A DNA stretch of 64,000 nt from an uncultured Gemmatimonadales bacterium (GCA_963850905.1 CAWKMU010000003.1:192001-256000); one strand, 5' to 3'; positions 19,488-34,264 are shown, counted from the stretch's first letter. Program-made: numbers and translations. Notes: a model not told the origin generated them from the sequence alone.

Positions 19488-19913
19488 CAGCCCTTGACCT
19501 CGATGCCCATCGATCGTGCCGCGCCGGCGACCATGGCCTCCGCCGCCTCGACCGTATCGCAATTCAGATCGGGCATTTTGAGTTCCGCGATCTTGCGCAC
19601 CTGCGCGCGCGTGACGCTTCCGACCTTGTGCCTTGTTCGGCGTGCCCGAGCCCTTCTCCACCCCGGCCTCTTTCTTCAGCAGCATCGCCGCAGGCGGCGT
19701 CTTCGTGATGAAGGTGAACGATTTGTCACTGAAAATCGTCACCTCGACCGGCAAGATCGTCCCGTCCTGCGACTGCGTCCGCGCGTTGAACTCCTTGCAG
19801 AACGCCATGATGTTGATCCCCTGCGGCCCGAGCGCCGTGCCCACCGGGGGCGCCGGATTCGCGCGGCCAGCGGGGATCTGCAGCTTCACAAATCCCACCA
19901 TTTTCTTCGCCAT
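19487..19913 (-). CDS. rplK: 50S ribosomal protein L11 (one frameshift)
   Basis: [35 protein letters not shown]. Confidence 0.96.
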
Positions 19914-20031
19914 CAGTCTCCTCTCTCGCGTTGAACGCTCCCACCATTGTTTTCCGTCGCTGTGGTTGGCGACGCCTTGCTCGTGCCGCTGACATTCTTT
20001 CAAGTGAGCCGGCGCCTCGCGCCGGCTCTCA

Positions 20032-20613
20032 TCATTCCCTGACCCCTGACCCCTCCTGACCCCGCAGTTTCAGTAAGCTCTTCAACTGCAGGTAATCCAG
20101 TTCCACACTGGTCGGCCGTCCGAACAGCGACACTGACACCCGCACCTTGCCCTTGTCCGGCATGACCTCTTCGACCGTGCCATTGAAATCCGTGAACGGG
20201 CCTTCCGTGATCGCCACCGCCTGACCGACGAGGAACGGGATCTCTTCCTTCGGCTCCTCGGGCTCCGCATCCGTCGCGATTCCGAGCAGCCGGTTGACTT
20301 CCTCCGGCCGCAGCGGCTGCGGCGCGCGCTCGTGTCCCACGAACTTGATGACCCCCTGGATGCCGTTGACCGTGTGAATGGTTTCCTGGTTCATCACCAT
20401 CTCCACGAGCACGTACCCGGGGTACATCTTCCGTTCCACGTTCACCTTCTTGCCGTTCTTGATCTCGACCACTTCCTGCGTCGGAACGAGCGCCTGCCGA
20501 ATCGCGCGCTCCTCAGGAGTGCGCGGATCCTGCTCGATCCGCCGCGCGATCAGCGAACGCACCTTGTTCTCGTGACCCGCCGTGGTCTGAATCGCATACC
20601 AGCGGTGGTCCAC
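20032..20613 (-). CDS. nusG: transcription factor NusG (true stop probably near 20070)
   Basis: [29 protein letters not shown] motif GPFTDFNG. Confidence 0.96.
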   Translation of the reverse strand: MDHRWYAIQTTAGHENKVRSLIARRIEQDPRTPEERAIRQALVPTQEVVEIKNGKKVNVERKMYPGYVLVEMVMNQETIHTVNGIQGVIKFVGHERAPQPLRPEEVNRLLGIATDAEPEEPKEEIPFLVGQAVAITEGPFTDFNGTVEEVMPDKGKVRVSVSLFGRPTSVELDYLQLKSLLKLRGQEGSGVRE

Positions 20614-20615
20614 GC

Positions 20616-20906
20616 TCACCTCGCGAATATCTGGGGTATCCACCGGACCAGGACCTCTTGCAGGATGAAATCGATGAGGGCGATGACCGCCCCAATACCG
20701 AGCGACAATACGATGACGGCAATCGACATCTTGCGGATCTCTTCGCGGGTCGGCCACGTGACCCGCCGCATCTCCGCCATGATGCTCCGATACACGGCGG
20801 GTAGCGACCGCACCATCGCGGCGATACGCGCCGGCAAGGCCTGGGCAGACGCCGCTGGCCGTCCCGGCCGGCCGGCGCCTCCCGACTGTACCACATCGAC
20901 CGCCAT
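20616..20906 (-). CDS. secE: preprotein translocase subunit SecE
   Basis: EMRRVTWPTREE motif plus a single TM helix; upstream of nusG. Confidence 0.93.
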   Translation of the reverse strand: MAVDVVQSGGAGRPGRPAASAQALPARIAAMVRSLPAVYRSIMAEMRRVTWPTREEIRKMSIAVIVLSLGIGAVIALIDFILQEVLVRWIPQIFAR

Positions 20907-21059
20907 CTACTTCGTTTCCTTGTGCACGCGGTGCCCATTGCACCGTGGGCAGTACTTCTTCCACTCGACGCGCTCGGGGTGCGTGCGCTTGTTCTTCGCC
21001 GTGAAGTAGTTGCGGTTCTTACAACTCTCGCACGCGAGAATGATTTTTTCTCTGGGCAT
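20907..21059 (-). CDS. rpmG: 50S ribosomal protein L33, Zn-binding type (50 aa)
   Basis: Manual translation [50 protein letters not shown]; below the ORF-track cutoff. Confidence 0.96.
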   Translation of the reverse strand: MPREKIILACESCKNRNYFTAKNKRTHPERVEWKKYCPRCNGHRVHKETK

Positions 21060-21075
21060 TGATCATCTAGAAAGA

Positions 21076-21191
21076 AGGGGTCGGGGGTCGGGGACGAGGG
21101 GTCAGGGAACAAACTGCACAGCCAGTCGCGGCGCTGCGCCGCTAGCCTTTCGCTTTGTTCCCTGACCCCTGAGCCCCGACCCCTGATCCCT
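21076..21191. repeat. miniature element with inverted heptamer (GGGGTCA/TGACCCC) arms
   Basis: Perfect 17-bp inverted repeat AGGGGTCAGGGAACAAA / TTTGTTCCCTGACCCCT, extended outward by heptamer runs; internal GCGGCGC-T-GCGCCGC hairpin. Confidence 0.8.
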
Positions 21192-21194
21192 GGT

Positions 21195-22388
<1,194 letters not shown>

Positions 22389-22486
22389 TTGTCTCGTCTC
22401 GAATCCTGATTGGATTTCTCATGCCCATGCGACGACGCCGTCAGTACGTCCCTAACCTCTTCATAACTCCTTTCGCACGCTATCGA

Positions 22487-22559
22487 AGCTCGCGATCGGG
22501 ATTGAACCGATGACCTCACCCTTACCAAGGGTGTGCTCTACCGACTGAGCTACGCGAGC
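22487..22559 (-). tRNA. tRNA-Thr(GGT)
   Basis: Cloverleaf GCTCGCG...CGCGAGC, anticodon GGT, T-loop GGTTCAATC. Confidence 0.95.
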
Positions 22560-22652
22560 GCCTGCCCTCAACCATCATACTCAGCCAGTTCGTCTCCTCT
22601 CTCCTTCTCTGCCACTTCGTCCTGCTTCTCTTCGGCCGCGCAAGCGCCCCGA

Positions 22653-22725
22653 AGCGGGAGACGGGGCTCGAACCCGCGACATCAAGCTTGGAAGGCTTGC
22701 GCTCTACCAACTGAGCTACTCCCGC
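22653..22725 (-). tRNA. tRNA-Gly(TCC)
   Basis: Cloverleaf GCGGGAG...CTCCCGC, anticodon TCC. Confidence 0.95.
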
Positions 22726-22837
22726 ACGATACCGCAGGGTGATGACTGCCACACTCCTCGCTCTCCGGTAGGGGCGACGCATGCGTCGCACTCCCGCGCC
22801 GTCCGCACGTAATTGCCCTTCTCGGGCTCCTTCCGAA

Positions 22838-22921
22838 TGGTGGGGGAAGGATTCGAACCTTCGAAGGCGTGAAGCCGGCAGATTTACAGTCTGCTCCCGT
22901 TGGCCGCTTGGGTACCCCACC
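22838..22921 (-). tRNA. tRNA-Tyr(GTA)
   Basis: GGTGGGG...CCCCACCA, anticodon GTA, long variable arm. Confidence 0.95.
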
Positions 22922-22961
22922 CACGCCCGCCTCCACCGTGCGCAAAACGCGCTCGCGACAG

Positions 22962-23034
22962 AGCCGACGGCGAGACTTGAACTCGCAACCTGCTGATTAC
23001 AAATCAGCTGCTCTGCCAATTGAGCTACGTCGGC
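22962..23034 (-). tRNA. tRNA-Thr(TGT)
   Basis: GCCGACG...CGTCGGC, anticodon TGT; completes the Thr-Tyr-Gly-Thr-tuf order. Confidence 0.95.
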
Positions 23035-23060
23035 GCACGGCGGTTTTGCGCCAGACTCGT

Positions 23061-23090
23061 AGAATAGGCTGACTAGGAAACGAGTGTCAA
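23061..23090 (-). promoter_or_regulatory. sigma70-type promoter of the tRNA-tuf operon
   Basis: TTGACA-18 nt-TATTCT, ending 26 nt upstream of the first tRNA. Confidence 0.7.
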
Positions 23091-23127
23091 GCCGTTGTGC
23101 GACGCGCGCTTGGGCCACTGGCACGCC

Positions 23128-24567
23128 TTATCGCGCCACTTTCCACGTCGTACCCGCCCCGCTGTCCGCGATCGCGATCCCTTTCGCCTCGAGCTCGGCT
23201 CGGATCGCGTCCGCCCTCGGCGAAATCCCCCTCGACCCCGCGCCGCCTGCCGTTCCCGGCAGCTCGCTCCTCGACCCAGGCGGCGAACAGCGTCGATCAC
23301 CCGTCCAGCCCGCGGCCGGGACAATCCCCAGCGTCGACTCGATGAACTCCAGGGCCGACCTGGCCTGTTCCAACGCCGTCCGGTCCGTGCCCCGGCGGTC
23401 GAGGTCGGCATTGGCCGCGTGGACGAAGTCGAACACCGCCGCCAGCGCCTGCGGCGCGTTCAGGTCGTCGAACAACGCCTCCCGCACACGCGTCTCGAGC
23501 TCGTCCGCCGCCGCCGTCATCGCCGCGGTGCCCCCCGAGCGCGGACGCCTCCGTCACACGGTCCGCCAACTCCCGCAACCGCCCCACCGCGCGCTGCGCG
23601 CGTCGAGCGCCGGCGTCCGTCAGGTTGAGCTCCTTGCCGATAGTGCGTCGTGTACACGAATGTACCGCATCGCCGCGCCCGAAATCCGCTCCTGCACGCA
23701 GGTCCGCAACCGTCAAGACGTTCCCGACTCGCTTGGCCATCTTGGCGCCGTCCGATCAGCAGGAAATCGCCGTGGCACCAGCAGCGCGACGAACGTGCAC
23801 GCCAGTCGCGCCCTCAGACTGCGCGATCTCGTCCTCGTGGTGCGGGAAGATGAGATCGACACCGCCGGCAGTGGAGGTCGAGCGTCTCCCCGAGCAACGT
23901 CATCGCCATGGCCGAGCACTCGAGATGCCAGCCGGGACGCCCGCGACCCCATGGGGAATCCCACGCCGCACCCACCCGCTCATCTTCGGGCTTCGCTGCC
24001 TTCCAAAGGGCGAAGTCCTGTGCGTTCTCCTTGGAGTAGTCGTCCTGCGCCACCCGCGCGCCGGCCTTGATTTCGCGAGTGTCGAGGCGCGAGAGCTGCC
24101 CATAGCTGGGGAAACGCCCGATCGCGAAATAGACGGAGCGATCGTCGGCCTGATAGGCAATACCCTTGCGCCACGAGACGGGCGACGAGATCGATCATTT
24201 GCGGGATGTACTCCGTCGCTCGCGGGTAATGCTCGGCGTCCTCGATCTTGAGGTAGCGCCGATCCTCGTGGAATCGCGTGATCACCGGCGCCGTCACTGC
24301 GTCGATCGTCGTCCCTTGCGCCGCTGCCTCTTTGATGATCTTGTCGTCCACGTCGGTCAGGTTCATCACCTGCTCCACACGCCAGCCGCGCAGTCGCAGC
24401 GTCCGCCGCAGCAAATCCTCGAAGAGGAACGTGCGGAAATTGCCGATGTGCGCTGGCTTGTAGACCGTCGGCCCGCACGTATACATGCGCACAGTCTGCC
24501 CGTCTGCCGGAGCAAACGGCTCGACCGTGCGCGTCATGGTGTTGTAGAGGCGAAGCTCCAAGGCCAT
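23128..24567 (-). CDS. cysS: cysteine--tRNA ligase (frameshifted)
   Basis: [39 protein letters not shown]. Confidence 0.95.
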
Positions 24568-24773
24568 TGGAGAAAGAAAGACGAGGGACGGGGTCTGTAG
24601 TTCCGGATTCCGAGAATCGACGGCCCAGAACACTGCCCGCAGGTAATGGGAGGACCGGCGGGTAGGGGCGACGCCATGTGTCGCCCGCCGTTTTGCGTTC
24701 GCCCCAAATATGACGGCACGCAGGCCGTCCGCACGATCTCGGTAGGGGCGACGCATGCGTCGCCCCCGTTGTC

Positions 24774-25961
24774 CTAACCCTGCTCCCCCTGCTCCTCCAG
24801 TGCCACCATATCGACAGCGAAACTCGGGTCCGGCAGCCACACCGCGCTGTCCGGCACGGGCACCCGAAGCACCAAGGCCCGGTCGCGGGAGACGCGCCGG
24901 AACCCGCGGCCCTCGTAGATCCGCTCGATCAGGATCCGTCGCACCACGAACCATGATGGCGGCCAGGAGCGGCACCGCTACCACGAGGCCAAGTGGCCCG
25001 AGGAGTGAGCCGGCGATCAGCACCGCCATGATACTCAGGACCGGCGGCAGATCGACTTTCTTGGACATGATCAGCGGCGACACGAGATTGCCGGCCACGA
25101 TGTGCACAAGGATGCCGACGCCGACCACGAGCAACGCCTTCGTGAGACCCGCCGCTACTCCCCAGCACGAACAGCGCCGGCAGTGTCGTCGCGAGCAGCA
25201 CGCCAAAAACCGGCACCAGCGCGGCCACGCCACTGAACACGCCAAAGGTCAGCCAATACGGGACGCCGATCGCCGCTAGTCCGATCGCCGTTAGCCCGCC
25301 CAGGATGAACATCGCCGCCAGCTGACCGACGATATACGCGCGCAGCGTGTCGGTCAGCCCGTTGAGCACGTCGCGGACCAGGTCGCGGTGGACCGGCGGC
25401 ACGAGCGCGATCAGCCATTCGCGGTACACGCCAGGATAGAGCGCGAGGTAGATGCTCATCACTCCGACAGTGAGCAGGGCGATCGCTGCATCCGACCACG
25501 GACAGCACGCGCTTGGAGACGTCGCCAAAAAGCGACGGCAGCCGTCCTGAGAGATAGTCCGATACGGGCCCGACCAGCGGATGGGCGCCCAGCTTGGTGA
25601 CGAGATCGGCCATGCCGGGGAACTTGTCGAGTTCACGCGTGACCCAGGCTTCCCACGAGGTCAACAGATTGCCGGCAGCTGCGCGAGCAGCCCCTGCGTC
25701 TGTTCGACCACCGGGGGCACCAGCAACCACACGAGCCCCGCGACCGCCCCCGCCGTCAGCACGACCGCGAGCCAGAACGCCACCAGGTCAGGTACCCGCA
25801 GCCGGTGGACGAGGTAGTCCCGCAGCGCGCCCAGGTAGAGCGCGCCCAGGATGGACAGGAAGAGCAGCAGGAAGATGTTGGCGGTGGCGACGACCACCCA
25901 CACCACGGCGGCGGTCGAGAACGATCGCCGCCAGGACCCGCCCGATCCGCACCCGCGCCAC
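24774..25961 (-). CDS. AI-2E (PerM) family transporter (frameshifted)
   Basis: LRAYIVGQL, GNLVSPLIMSKKVDLPP, LGPLGLVVAVPL. Confidence 0.85.
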
Positions 25962-25993
25962 GCGGATTTGTCCTTGCGTCGGGCCGACGCCCG

Positions 25994-26902
25994 CTACGCT
26001 GGCTTGCGCGTGTCCGGCAATTCCTCGACGTCAGCCGTCGGAATTCCGTCGTCGGCCGAGGGCGCCGCGGGCGAAGATGTCCCGGTGCCCCCCGTCCCAG
26101 ACGTGCCACCTGCCGCAGGCAGCGCAGGGGCCGCACTGCCAGATCCAGTCGGCGGGGCGCCCGCACCGGCCCCGCCCGCGCCCAGTTGCTTGGCACTGCC
26201 GCCCGCTGCACCGCTCCCCAGCATCCCCATCTGCTGCTTCAGCTGCAGCAGCCGGAAATCTGCGTCGTTCGACCCCGCCACTCTGCTCGAGCTGCTTGAA
26301 GTCCTTGGCCAGCCGATCGCCCGTGAACTCCTCGTCGATTTCCGCCGACGCGCGGATCTGCCGCTCGCTCTGGTCGATCTTCTCTTCCATCCGCGCGAAC
26401 GCCTCGAACGCCGACTTCTCCGACAGCGCCGACATCGTCTCGGCGATCCGCTTCTGCGCCTGCGCTCGGCGCTGGCGCGCGATGAGCAGGTTCTTCTTGC
26501 GCTTGGCTTCCTCGATCTTGTCGTTCAGGTCGCGAAGCGAGTTCTTCAGCTTCTCCGTCTCGTCACGATGCGTCTGCCACGTCGTCTCCAGCGCATGGCC
26601 ATGCGTGAGGTGCTCGTTCTGCCGGACGCAGCGCCTGCTTCGCCAGATCGTCGCGGCCCTCGCGCACCGCCAGGACGGCCCGGTTCTCCCAGTCCTGCGC
26701 CTGCCGCAGCTCGGCGTCCGCTTGGTCGCGCAGTCGCTTCTCGTCGGCGATCGCCGCCGCCACCTGCTGCTTGGCCTTCACCAGCTGCGATCGCATATCG
26801 ACAATGATCTGATTCAACATCTTCTCGGGATTTTCGGCCGAGGAGATGAGTTCGTTGATGTTCGATTTCAGCAGGGTCGACAGACGGTCGAAGAGTGCCC
26901 AT
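25994..26902 (-). CDS. pspA: PspA/IM30 family protein with long Gly/Ala/Pro tail (frameshifted)
   Basis: Reconstructed ...DRLSTLLKSNINELISSAENPEKMLNQIIVDM..., REGRDDLAKQAL, AFEAFARMEEKI. Confidence 0.88.
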
Positions 26903-26915
26903 ACGTGTCCCCAGT

Positions 26916-27327
26916 CTACCGCGCGTCGCGGTAAGTCGAGAGCTCGCGCAGATGCGCCGTCAGCGCCAGGGTCATGCCCTCGTAACTCGACAGGAACTCA
27001 TCGTAGTCGAGATGCGCCAGCTCGAGCGCCTCGGTCAGCACGATCGACTCCCGTTCGATGCCGTACGACCCATGCACGAGGTCGGTTGCGTTGAGCTGAA
27101 GCAAGCCGCCGATTGAGGCTGGCCGAGGCCGCATCACTTTGCGGCACATTCATGACCTTCATCCGGAAGATCACGACCGGCGGCGAATAATGCACCACGA
27201 CGTCCAGATCGAGCCCGCTGGTCGGCCGGACAACCCACAACCCGGGCTCGACCTCGCTGTAGCTCGCGCCGCCGTTTTCTGCCGTCAGGCGGTCGAGAAA
27301 ACTCTCGATATCTTCGCGAGTGACCAT
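26916..27327 (-). CDS. YbjN/CesT-like chaperone-fold protein (one frameshift)
   Basis: MVTREDIESFL...PPVVIFRMKVM...LLQLNATDLVHGSYGI; directly upstream of pspA. Confidence 0.65.
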
Positions 27328-27394
27328 GTGCCCTGTTGACGTTGCGTGTGCGGTGAAACTTGCCCCGCCAGTCCCATGCGGTAAAGTCGCAACC

Positions 27395-27547
27395 TTCCCT
27401 TTCCCTTTCCTATCTACAGGCGCGTCAGCGCCCGCCCCTATCTCCTTTCTCCTCTCTCCTTTCTCCTCTCTACGGGCGCCTTGGCGCCCGTCCCCTCTCC
27501 TTTCCCCTTACTCCTCTCTCCTTTCTACGGGCGCCTTAGCGCCCGTC
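27395..27547. repeat. three ~55-bp units: CTACGGGCGC-N4-GCGCCCGTC palindrome plus TCTCCT(T/C) heptamers
   Basis: Units start at 27414, 27470 and 27525; four heptamers lie between palindromes. Confidence 0.85.
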
Positions 27548-27561
27548 GGCGCGTGAGCCCG

Positions 27562-30462
<2,901 letters not shown>

Positions 30463-30517
30463 AGCTTTGTAAGGTCATGGTCTGGCGTGCGGTAAGACAG
30501 GGGGGCGGGTTTGAATG

Positions 30518-30642
30518 AACAGCAGGGTCAGGGGACGACACCGAGGTTACGTCCGCGGACCGGTAGGGGCGACGCATTGCGTCGCCCGCCGTTGTCGTTG
30601 CGGTTGTCGTCCCTAACCCCTGACCCCTGGCCCCCGACCCCG
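30518..30642. repeat. composite element: heptamer arms enclosing a REP
   Basis: GGGTCAGGGGACGACA...GTAGGGGCGACGCATTGCGTCGCCC...TGTCGTCCCTAACCCCTGACCCC; homologous to 52218-52372. Confidence 0.8.
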
Positions 30643-30719
30643 CCATTTAGCCCTGCCGCAAAGCCGTCGTGACAACCGTGCCCCTTCCTGCCCCTCCCTC
30701 GTCCTCACCGTAGCCCCCT

Positions 30720-31055
30720 ATGCCCGACACTGATGCCTTGGTCGTGCTGACGACCGTCGCGAATGCTGACGAGGCTGTTCAGCTCGTCCGCGCACTGCTT
30801 GACCGCCGCCTGATTGCCTGCGGCACGCTGCTGAGCAACGCCCGCTCGTTGTATCGGTGGGAAGGGAAGGTCGCCGATGAGACTGAAGTGGTCGTGTTGC
30901 TCAAGACACGCGCAGCCCGGCTCCCGGCGCTGACGGCGGCGTTCGACGACCTGCACCCCTACAAGGTGCCGGAAGTCCTCGCCCTCCCAGTCGTCGCCGG
31001 GTCCGATAAATACCTGGGCTGGATCGACAAAGAGACCTCGTTGGCACTCGCCTGA
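30720..31055 (+). CDS. cutA: divalent-cation tolerance protein CutA
   Basis: LIACG, SLYRWEGKV, HPYKVPEV. Confidence 0.92.
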   Translation: MPDTDALVVLTTVANADEAVQLVRALLDRRLIACGTLLSNARSLYRWEGKVADETEVVVLLKTRAARLPALTAAFDDLHPYKVPEVLALPVVAGSDKYLGWIDKETSLALA

Positions 31056-31083
31056 CCGCCGATTCCAGCCGACCTCCCCGCCC

Positions 31084-31584
31084 GTGAGCGACTCACTCGC
31101 CGCCTCCGCCGTCCCGCTCCCACAGGAGCCGACCCCCTCGGCCTCCAATGGAGCCGCGAGTGCGCCCGCTCAGCCGGTCACGGAGGGGTCGACCGTCCCG
31201 AGCACGGCGTCCGGCGGAGCGGGAGGAACGGCCACCGCACAACTTCAGAGGACCGCGGAGGCGGAGTCGCTCACCGAGCAGGGGGTTCACCTCTGTCGAA
31301 CCGCACGCTGGCGGATCGCGATCGAGCCGCTGCGCCGAGCCACCGAGCTCGATCCAGCGAATGCGACGGCGTTCTACTACCTCGGCGACGCGTGCAACCA
31401 CGCCGATGAGCTGGCGCATGCGCTCGAAGCGTTCGAGGCGGCGTCGAGACTCGAGCCCGATCACTGGCGGGCGCTGAAGGGAATCGGAATCGTGCTGGAT
31501 CGCATGCGGCGGCCTCAGGAGGCAGCAGCGGCGTACCAGCGGGCCCGCGAGGCGCAGCATAAGGCGACGCCGCGGCAGTCGTGA
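31084..31584 (+). CDS. tetratricopeptide repeat protein
   Basis: TPR pattern (ATELDPANATAFYYLG, LEPDHWRALKGIG). Confidence 0.8.
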   Translation: MSDSLAASAVPLPQEPTPSASNGAASAPAQPVTEGSTVPSTASGGAGGTATAQLQRTAEAESLTEQGVHLCRTARWRIAIEPLRRATELDPANATAFYYLGDACNHADELAHALEAFEAASRLEPDHWRALKGIGIVLDRMRRPQEAAAAYQRAREAQHKATPRQS

Positions 31585-32339
31585 TCGAGCTGCTCGGCCT
31601 CACGAAGCGATACGGCAGCTTCACCGCTGTCGATGGGATCGACCTCACCGTACCGCGCGGTGAGTTGTTCGGCTTTCTGGGACCCAATGGTGCGGGCAAG
31701 ACCACCACGCTGCGCATGATTGCGGGCATCCTCAGACCGACGGCAGGCACCGTCCGCGTCGCAGGCACCGACGTCACCGCCGATCCAACCACAGCGAAGT
31801 CTCACCTCGGCTTCATCCCGGATCGCCCATTCATCTACGAGAAGCTGCGCGGCATGGAGTTTCTGCGTTTCGTCGCCGGTCTCTACGGACAGGCGGGTCC
31901 CGAAGTCGAGCGCCGCGCTCGCGAGCTGCTCGCCCTGTTCGATCTCGAGCCGTGGCGGGACGAGTTGGTCGAGAGCTACAGCCACGGCATGCGGCAGAAG
32001 CTCATCATCTCGAGCGCGTTCGTGCACCGACCCGAGGTCATCGTTGTGGATGAGCCCATGGTCGGGTTGGACCCCAAGGCCGCCCGCATTCTGAAGGACC
32101 TCTTCCGCGAGTACACCCGACGCGGGCACACGATCATGATGTCGACGCACACGCTCGAAGTGGCCGAGTCACTCTGCGACCGCATCGCCATTATTCAGAG
32201 CGGCCGGATCCGCGCCTCCGGAACGATGGCCGAGTTGCGCGCTCACGCCACGGCCGGCACCACTGGGTTGGAGGAGATCTTTCTGCACCTGACCGGCGAG
32301 CGCGCCGCGCGTGAATTGGTCGCCGTCTTGGACGCCTAG
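31581..32339 (+). CDS. ABC transporter ATP-binding protein
   Basis: GPNGAGKTT, YSHGMRQK, VDEPMVGLDP. Confidence 0.95.
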   Translation: MIELLGLTKRYGSFTAVDGIDLTVPRGELFGFLGPNGAGKTTTLRMIAGILRPTAGTVRVAGTDVTADPTTAKSHLGFIPDRPFIYEKLRGMEFLRFVAGLYGQAGPEVERRARELLALFDLEPWRDELVESYSHGMRQKLIISSAFVHRPEVIVVDEPMVGLDPKAARILKDLFREYTRRGHTIMMSTHTLEVAESLCDRIAIIQSGRIRASGTMAELRAHATAGTTGLEEIFLHLTGERAARELVAVLDA

Positions 32340-32382
32340 GTCCGCGGTCCCGCTTCGTAGACCTCAGAGCTCGTCAGTCGAT

Positions 32383-34194
32383 ATGAAACCCAATTCCGAG
32401 CATGGCCCCAAAGGCCGGGCGCCGGCACACGACGTCGGTCCCACGATTGGTTCCGCAGACCCCCAACCCCACACCCCAGACCCCGTTCTTCCCGTCACCG
32501 CCCGACTCCTGCTCCGCCCCAAGTGGCTCACGGTCCGCAACCGCACGACCACGACCGAACGTGGCCGCCTCGGTCGCTGGTCGGTCATCGCGCTCCTGGG
32601 TGCGGGCTTCTGGTGGGGTGTGTATGCGATCGTCGCACGAATCCTTCGCTACCTGCGCGACGTGCCGGATCTCGGGCCCCTGCTCGCCGGCAAGCTCCTC
32701 GGCATGATCCTGATCGGCTTCTTCGGCATCCTCCTGTTGTCCAACGTCATCGCGGCGCTGTCGACGTTTTTTCTCGCCCGTGACCTCGATCTCCTCGTGG
32801 CCAGTCCGGTCCCGTGGCGGCCCCTCTACACGGCAAAGTTGTTCGAGACACTCGTCAACTCGAGCTGGATGGTGGCGCTCATGGCGGTGCCGGTCGTGGC
32901 TGCATTCGGGATCGTCTACCAGGGCGGCCCGTGGTTTCCGCTCATCGCCATCGGGGCGTTCGCCCCCTTCTTCCTCTTGCCGACTCTCGCGGGCAGCGCC
33001 GTGACGCTGATCCTCGTGAACGTGTTCCCCGCCCGGCGAACGCGCGACATCCTCGGCGTCGTCGCGGTGCTGAGTGCTGCAGGGCTCGTCACGCTGTTGC
33101 GCTTGATGCGTCCTGAACGCCTCGCGCGCCCGGAAGGATTCCAGACATTCACCGCGTATCTCGATGCGTTGCAAGCGCCGTCCGCGCCGTGGCTGCCGAG
33201 TGAGTGGACGACGCGGTCGATCATGGGCTGGTTGACCCATGAGTGGTCGCCGTGGCCCGTCGCTGCGCTGTGGGGCGCGACCATCGTTGCGATAGTGTGC
33301 GGCGCGGCGCTCCATCGATGGCTGTTCGCCCAGGGCTTCTCCAAGGCGCAGGAGGGCGCGAGCCACGGCGGCAGCACGTCAGCGGCCGGCGTGGGTGGCG
33401 TGCAGCGATTCATCTACGCCGCGCTGCGTCCCATTGGGATCCAGCGGCGAGAGCTCGTATGTAAGGAAGTGCGCGTGTTCTTCCGCGACACGACACAGTG
33501 GTCGCAGCTCTTGCTGCTCGGCGTCCTCATCGTGCTGTACGTGTTCAACGTGAAGTTCCTCCCGCTCACCGGCGCCGGCGTGACGTTCTTCCTGCGCAAC
33601 GTCATTCCGTTCTTCAATATGATCCTCGCCGGATTCGTGCTGGCTTCGATCGCCGCGCGGTTCGTGCTGCCTGGGGTCAGCCTCGAGGGGCGCACACTGT
33701 GGCTCTTGCGATCCTCGCCGCTCGAAGTGCGCGACCTGCTCTGGGCGAAGTACTGGGTCGGCACGCTGCCACTCGTTGTGCTCGCCGTCGGCATTGTGAC
33801 GGTCACCAACACGCTCCTCCAGGTCAGTGATTTCATCTTCGCCGTCACGGTGCTGTCGATCGCCCTGCTGACCTTCGCGGTGTCAGCGTTGGCGCTGTGC
33901 TTCGGCACCCTGTTCCCGCAGTTCGAGACGGAGAACGCCGCCCAGATACCCACATCCTTCGGCGGCCTGGTCTACATGGTGACGTCCGTCGGCCTTCTCT
34001 GCGCAGTGAGCGTGCTCGAGGCCCGACCGCTCTACATCTACCTGGCCCAGCACTTCACCCACACCGTGAACACCTCGCGGGACTGGTGGGAGGTCGCCGT
34101 CGGCTTCGGACTCGCCGCTGCCCTCTGCGGCGCCGCCACACTCCTCCCGATTCGCGTCGCACTGCAACGCCTGGAAAGGATCGAGCGCGCGTAA
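32383..34194 (+). CDS. putative ABC exporter permease
   Basis: About 12 TM segments; KEVRVFFRD and SLEGRTLWLLRSSPL; follows the ATPase gene. Confidence 0.8.
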   Translation: MKPNSEHGPKGRAPAHDVGPTIGSADPQPHTPDPVLPVTARLLLRPKWLTVRNRTTTTERGRLGRWSVIALLGAGFWWGVYAIVARILRYLRDVPDLGPLLAGKLLGMILIGFFGILLLSNVIAALSTFFLARDLDLLVASPVPWRPLYTAKLFETLVNSSWMVALMAVPVVAAFGIVYQGGPWFPLIAIGAFAPFFLLPTLAGSAVTLILVNVFPARRTRDILGVVAVLSAAGLVTLLRLMRPERLARPEGFQTFTAYLDALQAPSAPWLPSEWTTRSIMGWLTHEWSPWPVAALWGATIVAIVCGAALHRWLFAQGFSKAQEGASHGGSTSAAGVGGVQRFIYAALRPIGIQRRELVCKEVRVFFRDTTQWSQLLLLGVLIVLYVFNVKFLPLTGAGVTFFLRNVIPFFNMILAGFVLASIAARFVLPGVSLEGRTLWLLRSSPLEVRDLLWAKYWVGTLPLVVLAVGIVTVTNTLLQVSDFIFAVTVLSIALLTFAVSALALCFGTLFPQFETENAAQIPTSFGGLVYMVTSVGLLCAVSVLEARPLYIYLAQHFTHTVNTSRDWWEVAVGFGLAAALCGAATLLPIRVALQRLERIERA

Positions 34195-34220
34195 TTAGGG
34201 ATTTAATAGGGATTTGTCTT

Positions 34221-34262
34221 TCCAACGTCCAACGTCTGGCGTCTAGCGTCTAGCGTCTGACG
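34221..34262. repeat. heptamer run (CCAACGT/CTAGCGT)
   Basis: TCCAACG-TCCAACG-TCTGGCG-TCTAGCG-TCTAGCG-TCTGACG between convergent genes. Confidence 0.85.
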
Positions 34263-34264
34263 CT

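Noticed and set aside
19914..20030. L1-binding leader upstream of rplK
   Set aside because: Only a weak GGGAG..CGCGA resemblance plus a GC hairpin; not supportable without a covariance-model search.
22440..23100. tRNA cluster as an integration site for an island or prophage
   Set aside because: No integrase, no duplicated tRNA 3' end, and core genes on both sides.
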